Origin: Squalus acanthias
Taxonomy: Eukaryota
DNA: 64,000 nt
Direction of reading: 5' to 3'
NCBI GenBank assembly: GCA_030390025.1
Contig: CM059446.1
Location: 25,420,001-25,484,000 of the forward strand
The notes under the pieces are model-generated. The model was given only the letters and a program-made list of their open reading frames with translations, was not told the DNA's origin and did no database searches. The translations under genes were made by a program, and so were the position numbers. Below, in pieces: positions 1 through 12,002 of this stretch. Each line of letters begins with the position of its first letter. Positions within the stretch are counted from its first letter, which is position 1.

Positions 1-254
1 TTTTGATTTTCTTGCACTAGGACCCCCAGATCCCTTTGTACTGCAGTACTTTCCAGTTTCTCGCCATTAAGATAATAACTTGCTCTCTGATTTTTCCTGC
101 CAAAGTGCATAACCTCACATTTTCCAATATTGTATTGCATCTGCCAAATCTCCGCCCACTCACCCAGCCTGTCTATATCCCCTTGTAGGTTTTTTATGTC
201 CTCCTCACTTTCTACTTTCCCTCCCATCTTTGTATCATCTGCAAACTTTGATAT
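1..254 (-). mobile_element. CR1 LINE RT fragment (3'-ward part of a host element split by a nested insertion; continues off the window start)
   Basis: Colinear with 1085-1340. The minus strand encodes the FADD-downstream RT region. It stops at GCAAACTTTGATAT, exactly where the 2363+ segment resumes. Confidence 0.85.
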
Positions 255-2366
255 AAGAACATAAGAAACATAAGAAATAGGAGCAGGAGTAGGCCAATCG
301 GCCCCTCGAGCCTGCTCCGCCATTCAATAAGATCATGGCTGATCTGATCCTAACCGCCAATCTACTATCTATCACAGAACCATCTCCTGCATCTAACAGA
401 ATTGCACACACGAAATAGGAGCAGAATCAGGCTACACAGTCCCTGGGCCCGCTCCACTACCCACAGGGCCATGACCGATCCGAACCAAGACTCATGTCAA
501 AATTCCTGCCCGCTCCCCGTAACCCTTAATGCCCTTTACTTCTAGGAAACTGTCTATTTCTGTTTTAAATTTAATTAATGTTGTAGCTTCTACAGCTTTT
601 TGTGGCAGCATATTCCATGGACCTACCACCCTCTGAGTGAAGTAGTTCCTCCTCATCTCAGTTTTGAAAGAGCAGCCCCTTATTCTAAGACTATGTCCCC
701 TAGTTCTCGTCTCACCCGTCATCGGGAACATCCTCCCCGCATCCACCGGATCCAACCCCTTCACAATCTTATATGTTTCAATAAGATCGCCTCTCATTCT
801 TCTGAACTCCAATGAGTAGAGTCCCAATCTACCCAACCTCTCCTCATATGACCACCCCCTCATCCCCGGGATTAACCGAGTGAACCTTTTTTGCACTGCC
901 TCGAGAGCAAGGATGTCTTTCCTTAAGTAAGGACACCAAAACTGTATGCAGTATTCCAGGTGCGGTCTCACCAATACCTTGTACAACTGAAGCAATACCT
1001 CCCTATTTTTATATTCTATCCCCCTAGCAATGAAAGCCAACATTCCATTTGCCTTCTTAATCACTTGCTGCACCTGCATACTAACCTTTTGAGTTTCGTG
1101 CACCAGGACCCCCAGATCCCTTTGCACTTCAGTACTCTCCAGTTTCTTGCCATTAAGATAATAAATTGCTCTAGGATTTTTCCTGCCAAAGTGCATCACC
1201 TCACACTTTCCAGTGTTGTATTCCATCTGCCAAATCTCTGCCCACTTACTTAGCCTGTCTATGTCCCCTTGCAGGTTTTTTATGTCCTCCTCACTCACTA
1301 CTTTCCCTCCCATCTTTGTATCATCTGCAAATTTTGATATGTTACACTTGGTCCCTTCCTCCAAATCGTTAATATAGATTGTGAAGAGTTGGGGACCCAG
1401 CACTGACCCCTGTGGAACACCACTAGTTACTGATTGCCAGTCTGAGAATGAACCATTTATCCCAACTCTTTGCTTTCTGTTAGATAGCCAATCCTCTATC
1501 CATGCCAGAATATTACCCCCAATCCCGTGATTTTTTACCTTAAGCAATAATCTTTTGTGTGGCACCTTGTCAAATGCCTTTTGGAAGTCTAAATACACTA
1601 CGTCCACTGGTTCCCCTTTATCCACTCTATATGTTACTTCCTCAAAGAACTCCAGCAAATTTGTCAAACATGACTTCCCCTTCGTAAAACCATGCTGACT
1701 TTGTCCTATTAAATTATGATTATCCAAATGTCCTGTTACTGTTTCCTTAATAATGGACTCCAAAATTTTACCTACCACAGATGTTAGGCTAACCGGTCTA
1801 TAGTTACCAGCCTTCTGTCTACTGCCCTTTTTAAATAAGGGTGTTACATTAGCAGTTTTCCAGTCTGCCGGGACCTTAGCGGAATCCAGGGAGTTTTGAA
1901 AAATTATTACCAATGCATCTACAATCCCTACCGCCACTTCCTTCAAGACTCTAGGATGTAAGCCATCAGGTCCAGGTGATTTATCCGCCTTGAGTCCCAT
2001 TATTTTACCGAGTACCACTTCCTTAGTGATTTTGATCGTGTTTAGCTCCTCTCCCCCTATAGCCCCCTGTTTGTCCAGTGTTGGGATATTCTTAGTGTCC
2101 TCTACTGTAAAGACTGATACAAAATATTCATTCAGTGTTTTTGCCATCTCCATATTTCCCACCATTAATTTCCCGGTCTCATCCTCTAAGGGACCAACAT
2201 TTACTTTAGCCACCCTTTTTCTTTTTATATAACTATAAAAACTCTTACTATCTGTTTTTATATTTTTTGCTAATTTACTTTCATAATCTATCTTCCCTTT
2301 CTTAATCAATCTTTTTGTTATTTTTTGCTGCCTTTTAAAGTTTTCCCAATCCTCTGTCCTCCCACT
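255..2366 (-). mobile_element. 5'-truncated CR1 LINE with intact 3' end, inserted in the same orientation into another CR1
   Basis: Tail repeat ATAAGAAC/ATAAGAAAC at 253-276, then 3'UTR. Open RT frame contains [36 protein letters not shown] and the CR1-type C-terminus (RRMRGDLIETYKI, TRGH, FTQRVV). Confidence 0.92.
492..2366 (-). pseudogene. CR1 ORF2 reverse transcriptase domain, uninterrupted but lacking the endonuclease (the ORF-track N-terminus beyond 2366 is a junction artefact)
   Basis: 649-aa ORF with non-LTR RT motifs; genuine CR1 sequence starts at [11 protein letters not shown]. Confidence 0.88.
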
Positions 2367-4598
2367 CGGTCCCCTCCTCCAAATCGTTAATATAGATTGT
2401 AAAGAGTTGGGGACCCAGCACCGACCCCTGCGGAACACCACTGGCTACTGGTTGCCAGTCCGAGAATGAACCATTTATCCCAACTCTCTGCTTCCTGTTA
2501 GATAACCAATCTTCCACCCATGCCAGATTATTACCCCTAATCCAGTGATTTTTTATCTTGAGCAATAATCTTTTATGTGGCACCTTGTCGAATGCCTTCT
2601 GGAAGTTTAAATACACTACGTCCACTGGTTCCCCTTTATCCACCCTGTGCGTTATGTCTTCAAAGAACTCAAGCAAATTTGTCAGACATGACTTCTTCTT
2701 CATAAAGCCATGCTGACTTTGTCCTATTAAATTATGTTTATCTAAATGTTCCGTTACTGTCTCCTTAATAATAGATTCCAAAATTTTACCCACCACAGAT
2801 GTTAGGCTAACTGGTCTATAATTTCCAGCCTTCTGCCTACTACCCTTTTTAAATAAGGGTGTTACATTAGCAGTTTTCCAATCTGCCGGGACCTTTGCTG
2901 AGTTCAGGGAGTTTTGGAAAATTATTACCAAAGCATCCACAATCCCTACTGCCACTTCCCTCAAGACCCTAGGATGTAAGCCATCAGGTCCAAGGGATTT
3001 ATCCGCCTTGAGTCCCATTATTTTACTGAGTACCAATTCCTTAGTGATTTTAATTGTATTTAGCTCCTCCCCTCCTAGAGCCACCTGTTTGTCCAGTGTT
3101 GGGATATTCTTAGTGTCCTCTACCGTAAAGACTGAAACAAAATATTTGTTCAGCATTTTTGCCATCTCCATGTTTCCCACCATTAATTTCCTGGTCTCAT
3201 CCTCTAAGGGACCTACGTTTGCCTTAGCCACCCTTTTTCTTTTTATATAACTATAGAAACTCTTGCTATCTGTTTTTATATTTTTTGCTAATTTATTTTC
3301 ATAATCTATCTTCCCTTTCTTAATCGATCCTTTAGTTACTTTTTGCTGTCTTTTGAAGACTTCCCAATCTTCTATCCTCCCACTAAGTTTGGCTACCTTA
3401 TATGATCTCGTTTTTAGTCGGATACTATCCTTAATTTCTTTACTTAGCCACGGATGGCTGTCATTTCTTTTACACCCTTTTTTCCTCAGTGGAATATATT
3501 TCTTTTAAAAGTTGTAAAATAACTCCTTAAATGAACACCACTGCTCATGTACCGTCTTACCCTTTAATCTATTTTCCCAGTCCACTTTAATCAATTCCGC
3601 TTTCATACCATCATAGTCTCCTTTATTCAAGCTCAGTACGCTTGTTTGAGAACCAACCTTCTCATCCTCTAATTGGATATGGAATTCAACCATGTTATGG
3701 TCACTCATTCCAAGGGGATCCTTAACTAGGACATTATTAATTAATCCTGACTCATTACACAGGACCAGGTCCAAGGTTGCTTGCCCCCTTGTAGGATCAG
3801 TTACATACTGCTCAAGAAATCCATCCCTAATACACTCAATAAACTCTTCCTCAAGGCTGCCCTGCCCAATTTGATTTGTCCAGTTAATATGATAGTTAAA
3901 ATCCCCCATAATTATAGCTGTTCCCTTATTACATGCCCCAACTATTTCCTGATTAATACTTCTTCCAGCAGAGTTGCAACTATTAGGAGGCCTATATACT
4001 ACTCCCACTAGTGTTTTTTTCCCCTTATTATTCCTTATCTCCACCCAAACTGTTTCATTATCCTGATCCTTTGACCCAATATCATTTCTCTGTATTACAG
4101 TGATTCCTTCCTTTATTAACATAGCCACCCCACCTCCCCTTCCTTCCTGCCTGTCCTTCCTGATTGTTAAATACCCTGGCATATTTAGTTCCCAGTCGTT
4201 GTCAACCTGCAGCCATGTTTCTGTAATGGCAACAAGATCAAATCCATACGTAGTTATTTGTGCTGTTAACTCGTCCATTTTGTTACGAATGCTACGTGCA
4301 TTCAGATAAAGAACTTTCAAATATGTTTTGTGACACTTAGTTCCTGCTTTTTCCTTTTTTAACACTTTACCTTTTACTCCATACCTTCTGTCCCTTCCTG
4401 ACACGCTTTCCTCTGTCTCCCTGCTCAGGTGCCCAACCCCCTTCCACTTCAGTTTAAACCCTCCCCAACAGCACTAGCAAACACTCCCCCTAGGACAGCG
4501 GTCCCGGCCCTGCCAAGGTGCAGACCGTCCGGTTTGTACTGGTCCCACCTCCCCCAGAACCGGTTCCAATGTCCCAGGAATTTGAATCCCTCCCCCTT
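2363..4598 (-). mobile_element. Host CR1 LINE, 5'-ward part: end of ORF1, APE endonuclease and first half of RT
   Basis: ORF 3505-4404 has APE motifs (YLNARSIRNK, AITETWL, GGGVA, GVVYRPP, MGDFN, LDLVL, SDH). ORF 2335-3231 is in the same frame, separated by a single TAA at 3505-3507. Confidence 0.92.
4449..4598 (-). pseudogene. C-terminal fragment of CR1 ORF1, SGNH esterase-like domain
   Basis: Manual translation EGFKFLGHWNRFWGRWDQYKPDGLHLGRAGTAVLGGVFASAVGEGLN*. DGLH matches the SGNH DxxH block typical of CR1 ORF1p. Confidence 0.8.
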
Positions 4599-4939
4599 GA
4601 TAGTCCCCCCTAACTCAGAATCCTACACCTTCCCGCACCTGAACTCAGAATGCCACACACCCTCCTGTGCGCTATCACTGTACTTTTCTGAAATGACAAT
4701 TGTCCCAGCTATTGCTCCATTAAAAATGTTGTTCTAACCATGCACGGGGGATGCAGCACTGCGGCAAATGCCAGCCAGATGTGGAATAAAGCATGTTGAG
4801 GGGTATGAGCACAGAACCTCATTCATATGAATTAATGACTTCCAAAACTGACTTTAGCAGTTTTATTAAAGCAGAGGTTTACGAATGATGTTTTCAGATG
4901 ATTTAGACTGGACTAGGAAATATTTGTTTAAAATAAAAC

Positions 4940-5180
4940 AGCCAACTGCCCATTCTTCATGTGTAAGCCTAGGTATAGACTGTTGGAAAACTGTTTGGCT
5001 TGAAGGGCATCACAGCTGTGCCCAATCCTTCTTCTCATCTAACACATCTACACTTTCCATCAGCGGGTCATTGGATTAGGATTTTGTCTCCTCATTAGAC
5101 CAGGGGCACTGAGACCAATTGTAGCACCCCATAGGAGTATGACCTCTTAGGAGTAGCTATCTGCTGAGACTGGGACTTGG
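4940..5180 (-). mobile_element. Diverged copy of an old SINE-like interspersed repeat (family not named)
   Basis: Shares GCCCATTCTTCA...GCCTAGG...CATCACAGCTG with copies at 55020, 57700, 59500, 61560 and 62800. Confidence 0.55.
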
Positions 5181-5190
5181 AAGCAAATCA

Positions 5191-5660
5191 AAGAAAAGAC
5201 TTGCATTTATATAGTGCCTTTCATGACCTCAGGATGTCCCAAAGCGCTTTACAGCCAATGAAGAACTTTTTGGAGTGCAGTCACTGTTGTAATGTAGGAA
5301 ACGCAGCAGTCAATTTGCGCACAGCAAGCTCCCACAAACAGCAATGTGATAATGACCAGATAATCTGTTTTAGTGATGTTGGTTGAGGTATAAATATTGG
5401 CCAGGACACTGGGGATAACTCCCCTGCTCTTCTTTAAAATAGGACTTTGGGATCTTTAACATCTACCTGAGAGAGCAGACAGACCTCGGTTTAACATCGC
5501 ATCAGAAAGACGGCACCTTCAACAGTGCAGCACTCCCTTAGCACTGCACTGGAGAGTCAGCCTAGAATTTTGTGCTCAAGTCTCTGGAGTGGGACTATGA
5601 ACCCACAACCTTCTGACTCAGAGGCGAGAGAGAGTGCTACCCACTGAGCCACAGCTGACT
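5191..5660 (-). mobile_element. Full-length tRNA-derived SINE with L2-like 3' tail (SacSINE1/DeuSINE-like)
   Basis: Minus-strand head has A box TGGCTCAGTGG and B-box-like GGTTCATAGTCC. Tail reads AAGCGCTTTGGGACATCCTGAGG...GGCACTATATAAATGCAAGTCTTTTCTT. Related copies at 17150, 19720, 53840 and 62950. Confidence 0.85.
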
Positions 5661-6299
5661 TTAACCTAAGTGGGAGTCCAGCACACTGGTATTATCATCC
5701 CTGGCAAGATCATTCTTTTAATAGCTTAAACTATTGTGTAAATGAGAATATTCCCAGCATTACTGGGCAGTTATTGGGCACAATTCATGGGGAATTTGCT
5801 CAACGTACACCAGGCATGCAGACAGTTTGTGTACAGCATCCAAAGGCCCAAAACACAAAAGAGAAATTGTGAGGCACTGAATAAAAAGACATTGGAATGG
5901 CCTGACTGGAGGACAAACAAGTCATTCCGCCTACTCCATGGTGGTGAGATTGCCACCCAAGAAGACCCCGGTGAGTCTGCAATATTGTGCTTTCTGAATC
6001 TATTTCCTTATTCTGTACAAGCCGTTTGAAAACACTCTTTCTTACCTCTACCTTAATAGCCATGCTGTAATACAGGTCCTCAGGAGTGAAGGTGAGAATT
6101 TTGGTCAGAAAAAAATTGATAGGTGGTCCCAGGCTTCTCCAAGAGGCTTGTGCCCATTTTGGCCATATAATCTGAAGAAGCTGTGCCTTTTGTATCTGTC
6201 TATTGCAATGGGTCATCCAGCAACACTGACAGCACAAATACTTGAAAATAAAGAACATTTTAGTTATTCTCTTAAGAAATGAGAACTCGTACTCCATGG

Positions 6300-7010
6300 C
6301 CTAATCCATCTGGATCTTAAATTAATCTAAAGTTATCATCTCCACTATCCCACCAAGAAGACCATTCCATTGACACACTTTGTGTCAAGCAGTTCTTCCT
6401 AATATCAAGACTAAATTGCCCTTTCACCAGTTAAGCCATGCCCTCGTGTTCTGTCTTCTCATAATTCAATTCTCTGAGGCTACAGATTAGCTTTGTGACT
6501 CCTGTCTGCACTGCTCCTATGGTGCCAGTAATTCCCTTGTATCTTGGATGCCAAAACTGGACATAATACTCAAGGTCAGATCCAACCATCACACATTATC
6601 CTCTGCCTTACACTATATTGATTTGGTTATATTTCAATATTGTTCAATATTCAGTTTATTTGGTTTACTGGTGCTCCAGTGATTTGATATGTTAGGTGCC
6701 GAGTCTGCTATCACCCCAGATCCTTTTTCAACGTCACCTTCCGTCAGTTCTACACTATTTACATAGCATAAATTTTCCTTCCAATTTGAATTTGCCTCAC
6801 ATTTGCCTATACTAAATTGCATCTGGCACTGTTTTGTCCACATACAGATTGTATCTAACTCTTGGAGGTGCCTGGCTACTTCCTCTGACTTGATTGCTCC
6901 CCTCCCACTTCAGTGCCATCTGAGAGTTTAACCAATTTGCATTCTGTTTTCAATACAAGTTGATAATGTAGATTAGGCACAGTAAGGGGGCCCAGCACCA
7001 ATCCATGGAT
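6300..7010 (-). mobile_element. Old, decayed CR1 RT fragment
   Basis: Minus-strand remnants of GLVLGP, KLSDGTEVGG (FADDTK-like), WTKQCQMQFSIGKC and YYVQFW. Confidence 0.6.
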
Positions 7011-8109
7011 CCACTCCCCATCCAAAACAAGGAGACGAGCAAGTCGTGACATTACTTTCACCTTTAGTGTTCTGCTCGAAACCACTGTGGGATAAAGACA
7101 AGGCTCTCGAAGAATATTAAACTCAACACAAAGACACGAGGCAAGTGGTGTTTTCAAATCAATTAAGTGCCTCAATAGGAAACGTCAGGTCTGCTCTCTT
7201 CCTTTAGACAGAAGATTGATGGAACTAAAAAGGGAGAGGAATTTTCATTTAATTATCAGGAAGACATGCTTAAATTACTTAGCTGCAATGACGAACTAAA
7301 TTTGATTTCATGCAACAAATGAGACAAGACAATGCTAAGTAAATGCAAATAAGTTGTTCTCAACTTTAGTAGGCACTTGCAGGACCTGGAACTTGCAACC
7401 TGAAAGACCTGCGATGCTTTCAAAGTGCCAGGGTTTGTTTACACAGCACCATGGCCTAGGGCAAGTTAGTGTTTCCATAATGGCACCACTGGGAGACAAA
7501 GTAGGCTTCATGTCATGCTTTTTCCATAACCTCAAACATCTGTCCCCAGCTACCATGCTGTCAGCAAAGGTTAACACGATATATAAATGTTTCCTGAGAC
7601 AACTTAACATTATCATAGCTATTGAGTTACAGTGACACAGTGTAGAATGGTGATGTTCTATGCCGGTTCTTCAGACACTGCTCAGTGCTCTCGGCATGAG
7701 ACTGCTAACCCCAGTAATAATGTTTGTTGAAAAAAAAAGACGATAAAAGAAAACAAGAATGTGTTGTAAGGTCGTAACACGTCGAAGGGTTCAAATGACA
7801 TCTCGTCAGTGAAAGCAAAGCCTGGGAATTTAATCAAAGTTATGGCAGTGCCTTGAATCAGGCTCCTAGATCTGTGTTACTTTATACTGCCATATATTTA
7901 CATATTAAAGGGAAATAGTCGGAAAGCTTGGAAGGGTCGGAATTATTGGAGCTCAGAGGTAAACTCGCATTGACTAGCTAAAATAGCACTGAAATAAAAA
8001 TCAAGAATGCAGCACGCAGCTCAAATTAACATGACATGAGCTGATGAGACAAAATAAGCTGCATCATGGAATAAATAATAATCTAGGTTGTTAAAGAATA
8101 TATTTACAA

Positions 8110-9110
8110 AGGAATAGCATGCTCTGTATATTATAGTAATCAGCATAACCTGCATATATTATAGGGACCTGCAGACCCAGTATTTGTTACAGTGAATATC
8201 AGACCCTGCATATTTTATAGGGACTATTAGACACTGTGTATATTATAGAGAATATCAAACACTTTACATATAATACAGAATATCAGGTCTTTTATATATT
8301 ATAGCCAATATTAGAATCTATATATATGATAGAGAATATCACATCTTTTATATATTAGAGGGAATATCAGGCCCTGTATATATCATAAGGATTTTCAGAC
8401 CCTGTATATTTTTTATATTCGTTCATGGGATGTGGGTGTCGCTGGCAAGGCCAGCATTTATTGCCCATCCCTAATTGCCCTTGAGAAGGTGGTGGTGAGC
8501 CGCCTTCTTGAACTGCTACAGTCCATGTGGTGAAGGTACTCCCTCAGTGCTTTTAGGGAGGGAGTTCCAGGATTTTGACCCAGCAACGATGAAGGATCGG
8601 TGAAATACTTCCAGGTCAGGATGGTGTGTGACTTGGAGGGGAACTTGGAGGTGGTGGTGTTCCCATGCGCCTGCTGCCCTTGTCCTTCTAGGTGGTAGAG
8701 GTCACGGGTTTGGGAGGTGCTGCCGAAGAAGCCTTGGCGAGTTGCTGCAGTGCATCTTGTAGATGGTGCACACTGCAGCCACAGTACACCGGTGGTGGAG
8801 GGAGTGAATGTTTAAGGTGGTGGATGGGGTGCCAATCAAGCGGGCTGCTTTGTCCTGGATGGTGTTGAGCTTCTTGAGTGTTGTTGGAGCTGCACTCATT
8901 CAGGCAAGTGGAGAATATTCCATCACACTCCTTACTTGTGTATATATTATAGGGAATATCAGACCCTATATATATTATAAGGAATATCTGCTGCAGTGCA
9001 TATTGCAGGGAAAGTCAGCCCCTGTATAAACCAAAAGGCATATCAAACCCTATACATAAGGAATATCAGACCCTTTATATATTATAGGGATTATTGGCCC
9101 CTATAGACAC
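8110..9110. repeat. Degenerate ~28-bp AT-rich minisatellite (ATATCAGACCCTGTATATATTATAGGGA), interrupted by a LINE fragment
   Basis: Units visible at 8110-8410 and 8940-9110. Confidence 0.8.
8411..8940 (-). mobile_element. 3' fragment of a second CR1-clade LINE family
   Basis: Reverse complement matches 16190-16712. Encodes LKKLNTIQDKAARLIGTP...HCSNSPRLLRQHLP. Confidence 0.85.
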
Positions 9111-9119
9111 TACAGCTAA

Positions 9120-9940
9120 TGTCCAAGATTGTTTTTCCCTGAGGCAGCCAGCGCCATCACGGGCTGCACTCAGAGAAACCAGCCCCAGGGATCGCCTGCA
9201 ACAAAGAAGATAAGTAACTTACTTTAATATAAGCACTCCTGCTCCTCCCGGCCCCACATATAAACCTCCCTTCCGATCGCCACCGCACCCAATCCCTGAT
9301 CACCCCCCTACCATCCTCTCCCACCCCCAATCGCTCCCCGCCTGGCCCCCATCACGCACTCCGACCTTCTCTCCCAACCCCTGATTGCTCCGCCCCCCGA
9401 CCCTGCCTCCTCTCCTGACCCCCGACTGCTCACCCACCTTGGCCTCCCCATCCGACCCCATGTTAAAGGACCCAGTCGTCACTCCCAACCCGACCCCTGC
9501 GATCCCCAACCCCTGATCCATGCTCCAACCCATGCCCCACCCCAATCGCCGGCCCCAACCCCGATCCAGGCTTTGACCTCCAATCCCCGACCCATGACCC
9601 CATCCCTAGCCCCGACTCAGGCCCCACTCCCTGTCCCATGACCCCAACCCTATCCCTGACCCAGGTCCCAATCCCTGACCCATGCCCTAATCCCTGACAA
9701 CACTTACCTGAGTCCCGCTGCAACGCTAGCAATGGCCTAAAACTTGGAATCCTCTTCACCGATGGGCTCTTGATACTTTGCCGGCAACACTAAAATAAGA
9801 CCCAAGGCCCAATATCTGGAGATCCTTGTGCCTCACCATTCAGGTGTGGGGATGTGAGCTCTGCCCCCCTTCCCCACCCCTCCCCCCGCTTCCCCCACCC
9901 GCGTGCCTAAAAATGGTTGTGGCCCAATTTCTAGGCCCCT
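9120..9940. mobile_element. GC-rich non-autonomous element with a C-rich degenerate internal array (9290-9705)
   Basis: Motif AGCACTCCTGCTCC (9232) is the reverse complement of GGAGCAGGAATGCT at 15384. Right end AATTTCTAGGCCC resembles the MITE termini in this window. Confidence 0.45.
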
Positions 9941-10299
9941 GTATTTATTACAGGCATTCACAATTGGTGAATGCTTTTTTCCTCTTCTGTCATTATTGCC
10001 AGTTCACCACATTTTATGTCCTGGAGCAGTTGACCTTTGCTGTTTACATGTGTGAGGCTGCTAGCCCCAGCGTTAGTGATTTCATTCATGGCTCGACTAT
10101 CTGGGGTGAACTCTCCTGATCCCCGTTAAATGAACTACAAGTAGCAGGTTGACACTGGTACCTGCTTTAGAGAGATGCGAGTCAGCAGTGCTGGGTTATG
10201 CTGCCAGATTTAAATTTCTGACTGCAAATGAAATTTCAATTCTTAGTGAAGAACTCCTTGTTCGCACATTCTTCATGTTGGGTATCGTGGGGGTCGGGT

Positions 10300-10740
10300 T
10301 GGATTTGATAGGGTAAATAGAGAGAAACTGTTTCCTCTGGTGGGGGAGTCAAGAACAAGGGGACAAATCTTAAATTTCGAGCCAGGCAAGTTAGTAACAA
10401 AATCAGGAACAACTTTTTCACATAAAGGGCAGTTCCAATCTAGAACATAGGAACAGCAGTAGGCCATTCAGCCCCTCGAGCCTGTTCCGCCTTTCTGTGA
10501 GATCATGGCTGATCTGCGACCTAACTCCATATACCTGCCTTTGCCCCATTTCTCTCCCCAAAAGGCTGTAGATGCTGGGACAATTTCAAGACTGAGATCC
10601 ATACATTTTTGTTGGGTAAGGGTATCAAGGGATATGGAGCAACAGCGGGTAAATAGAGTTAAGGTGCAGATCAGCCATGATCTAATTGAATGGCGGAGCA
10701 GGCACGAGGGGCTGAATGGCCTCCTCCTCTTCTTACATTC
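10300..10740 (+). mobile_element. CR1 3' fragment containing an inverted ~105-bp CR1 3' tail (10441-10549, minus strand)
   Basis: GFDRVNREKLFPLVGESRTRG-like coding remnant and 3'UTR. The internal piece is the reverse complement of a CR1 3'UTR. Confidence 0.75.
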
Positions 10741-11099
10741 CGAACGAGTTTTGGCAGATTACTGGATTGTGGGAATTTCACAATCGAGCCTGATCCTGTC
10801 CTTTGGATTTTCACACATGAGCACTTTCCAACAGGGCTTCTGATTTCATTCCCCTCTCTCCCCTCGGGGATTCAATCTGAGACCCGCTCGTGTCTGTATG
10901 CGTGGCTCAGTTGTACACTCGGCAGTGCACTTAGCAAATGGGTTTGTGGGGAAGCCATTCTTTTACTTCAACAGCTTTATATTAATTTGTTTACAGTAAT
11001 TCAAACATACACGGAAAATGGGATTAGAATAGACAGGGCTTGATGGCCGGTGTGGACACGATGGGCCGAGGGGCCTCTTTCTGTGCTGTATGACTCTAT

Positions 11100-11992
11100 G
11101 AGGTAAAAATTCAGTTGGTTGCGCCTCCCGTTAGCGCCTTAAGAGGGCGCTAATGGGGCGCAAAGCCGCTAACGCCCGGGCGCAGCGATGTTTGCGCCGC
11201 TCGGGAACTTAACTTGACATTGTGCGGCGGCGCTAAAACTTACCGCTGCGACCACCTGCGCGCGCAGATTGTGACGTCATTCCATGGTGCAACGCCCTTG
11301 TGGCGCCCCGGAGCGGAAATTGAGTGGCGCCCCCTGCCTTACCGCCTGGCGCTTCCAACGACCAGAAGACTGGAACGCTATCAATCGCTGTGGGGCTGGG
11401 GGGGGCGCTATTTAAAGGGGGCCTCTTCCTGTCTTTTATTGTTGGTGGCATTTTTGAACTACGCATTCTGAGAGAGAGAGGGAGAGACTTCTGGAGAGAT
11501 TCAACGTTGTGTGAAGGAGTTTTGGGTACTGAGCAGTACTTTGCAGGTTCATTTTGATTTGCCATTCCTTGTATCGATTTAGCAGAGACTGTGGGAGCTG
11601 CACTCTGAGCTCTTTGCCTGGTACTCTCCATTGTTCTTTCCAGCACATTTGATGTGCAAGTCTCTCCAGGCCGAGATTCAAGGCTGCAATGAACAGGATG
11701 TGGATGGAAAGCAAGATTAACCATCCCCTTTAAGAACTGACCCGTGCCATTGTGTGTGTGTTCCATTGCTGACTGACATTACATGAGCTTCGCCAGCGCT
11801 CTGAGTTAGCGCCTCGCTCCTCGGCCTTTGCGCCTTAAGACAGGTGTGCAGCGCCTGCTTTAGCGCTCCACTCACCTCCCGGGGCGGTAAAAGTGAAGTT
11901 TCCAGTCAGTGCCGATAATTAGCGCCAGGCGCTAATATTTGCGTCCAGACGATATTTGCGCCCCAAATGGGGCGCGACCTAATTTCTACCCC
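11100..11992. mobile_element. Non-autonomous DNA transposon, PIF/Harbinger-like MITE
   Basis: TIRs GAGGTAAAAATT / AATTTCTACCCC, 3-bp TSD TAT (11097-11099 and 11993-11995), and many GCGCC/GGCGC subterminal motifs. Removing it restores a CR1 (TATGACTC)n tail. Confidence 0.75.
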
Positions 11993-12002
11993 TATGACTC
12001 TA

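Noticed and set aside
2335-3384. Tandem duplication or double-RT retroelement
   Set aside because: Better explained as a nested insertion, because joining 254 to 2363 restores a continuous host element.
5585-5660. tRNA gene-like A/B boxes
   Set aside because: Head of a SINE; no convincing cloverleaf.
8110-9110. CRISPR-like ~28-bp semi-palindromic repeats
   Set aside because: Units are contiguous and degenerate with no unique spacers, no cas genes, and a vertebrate context.
11233-11766. 177-aa ORF inside the TIR element as a transposase or Myb-like gene
   Set aside because: No recognisable DDE or Myb/SANT motifs.
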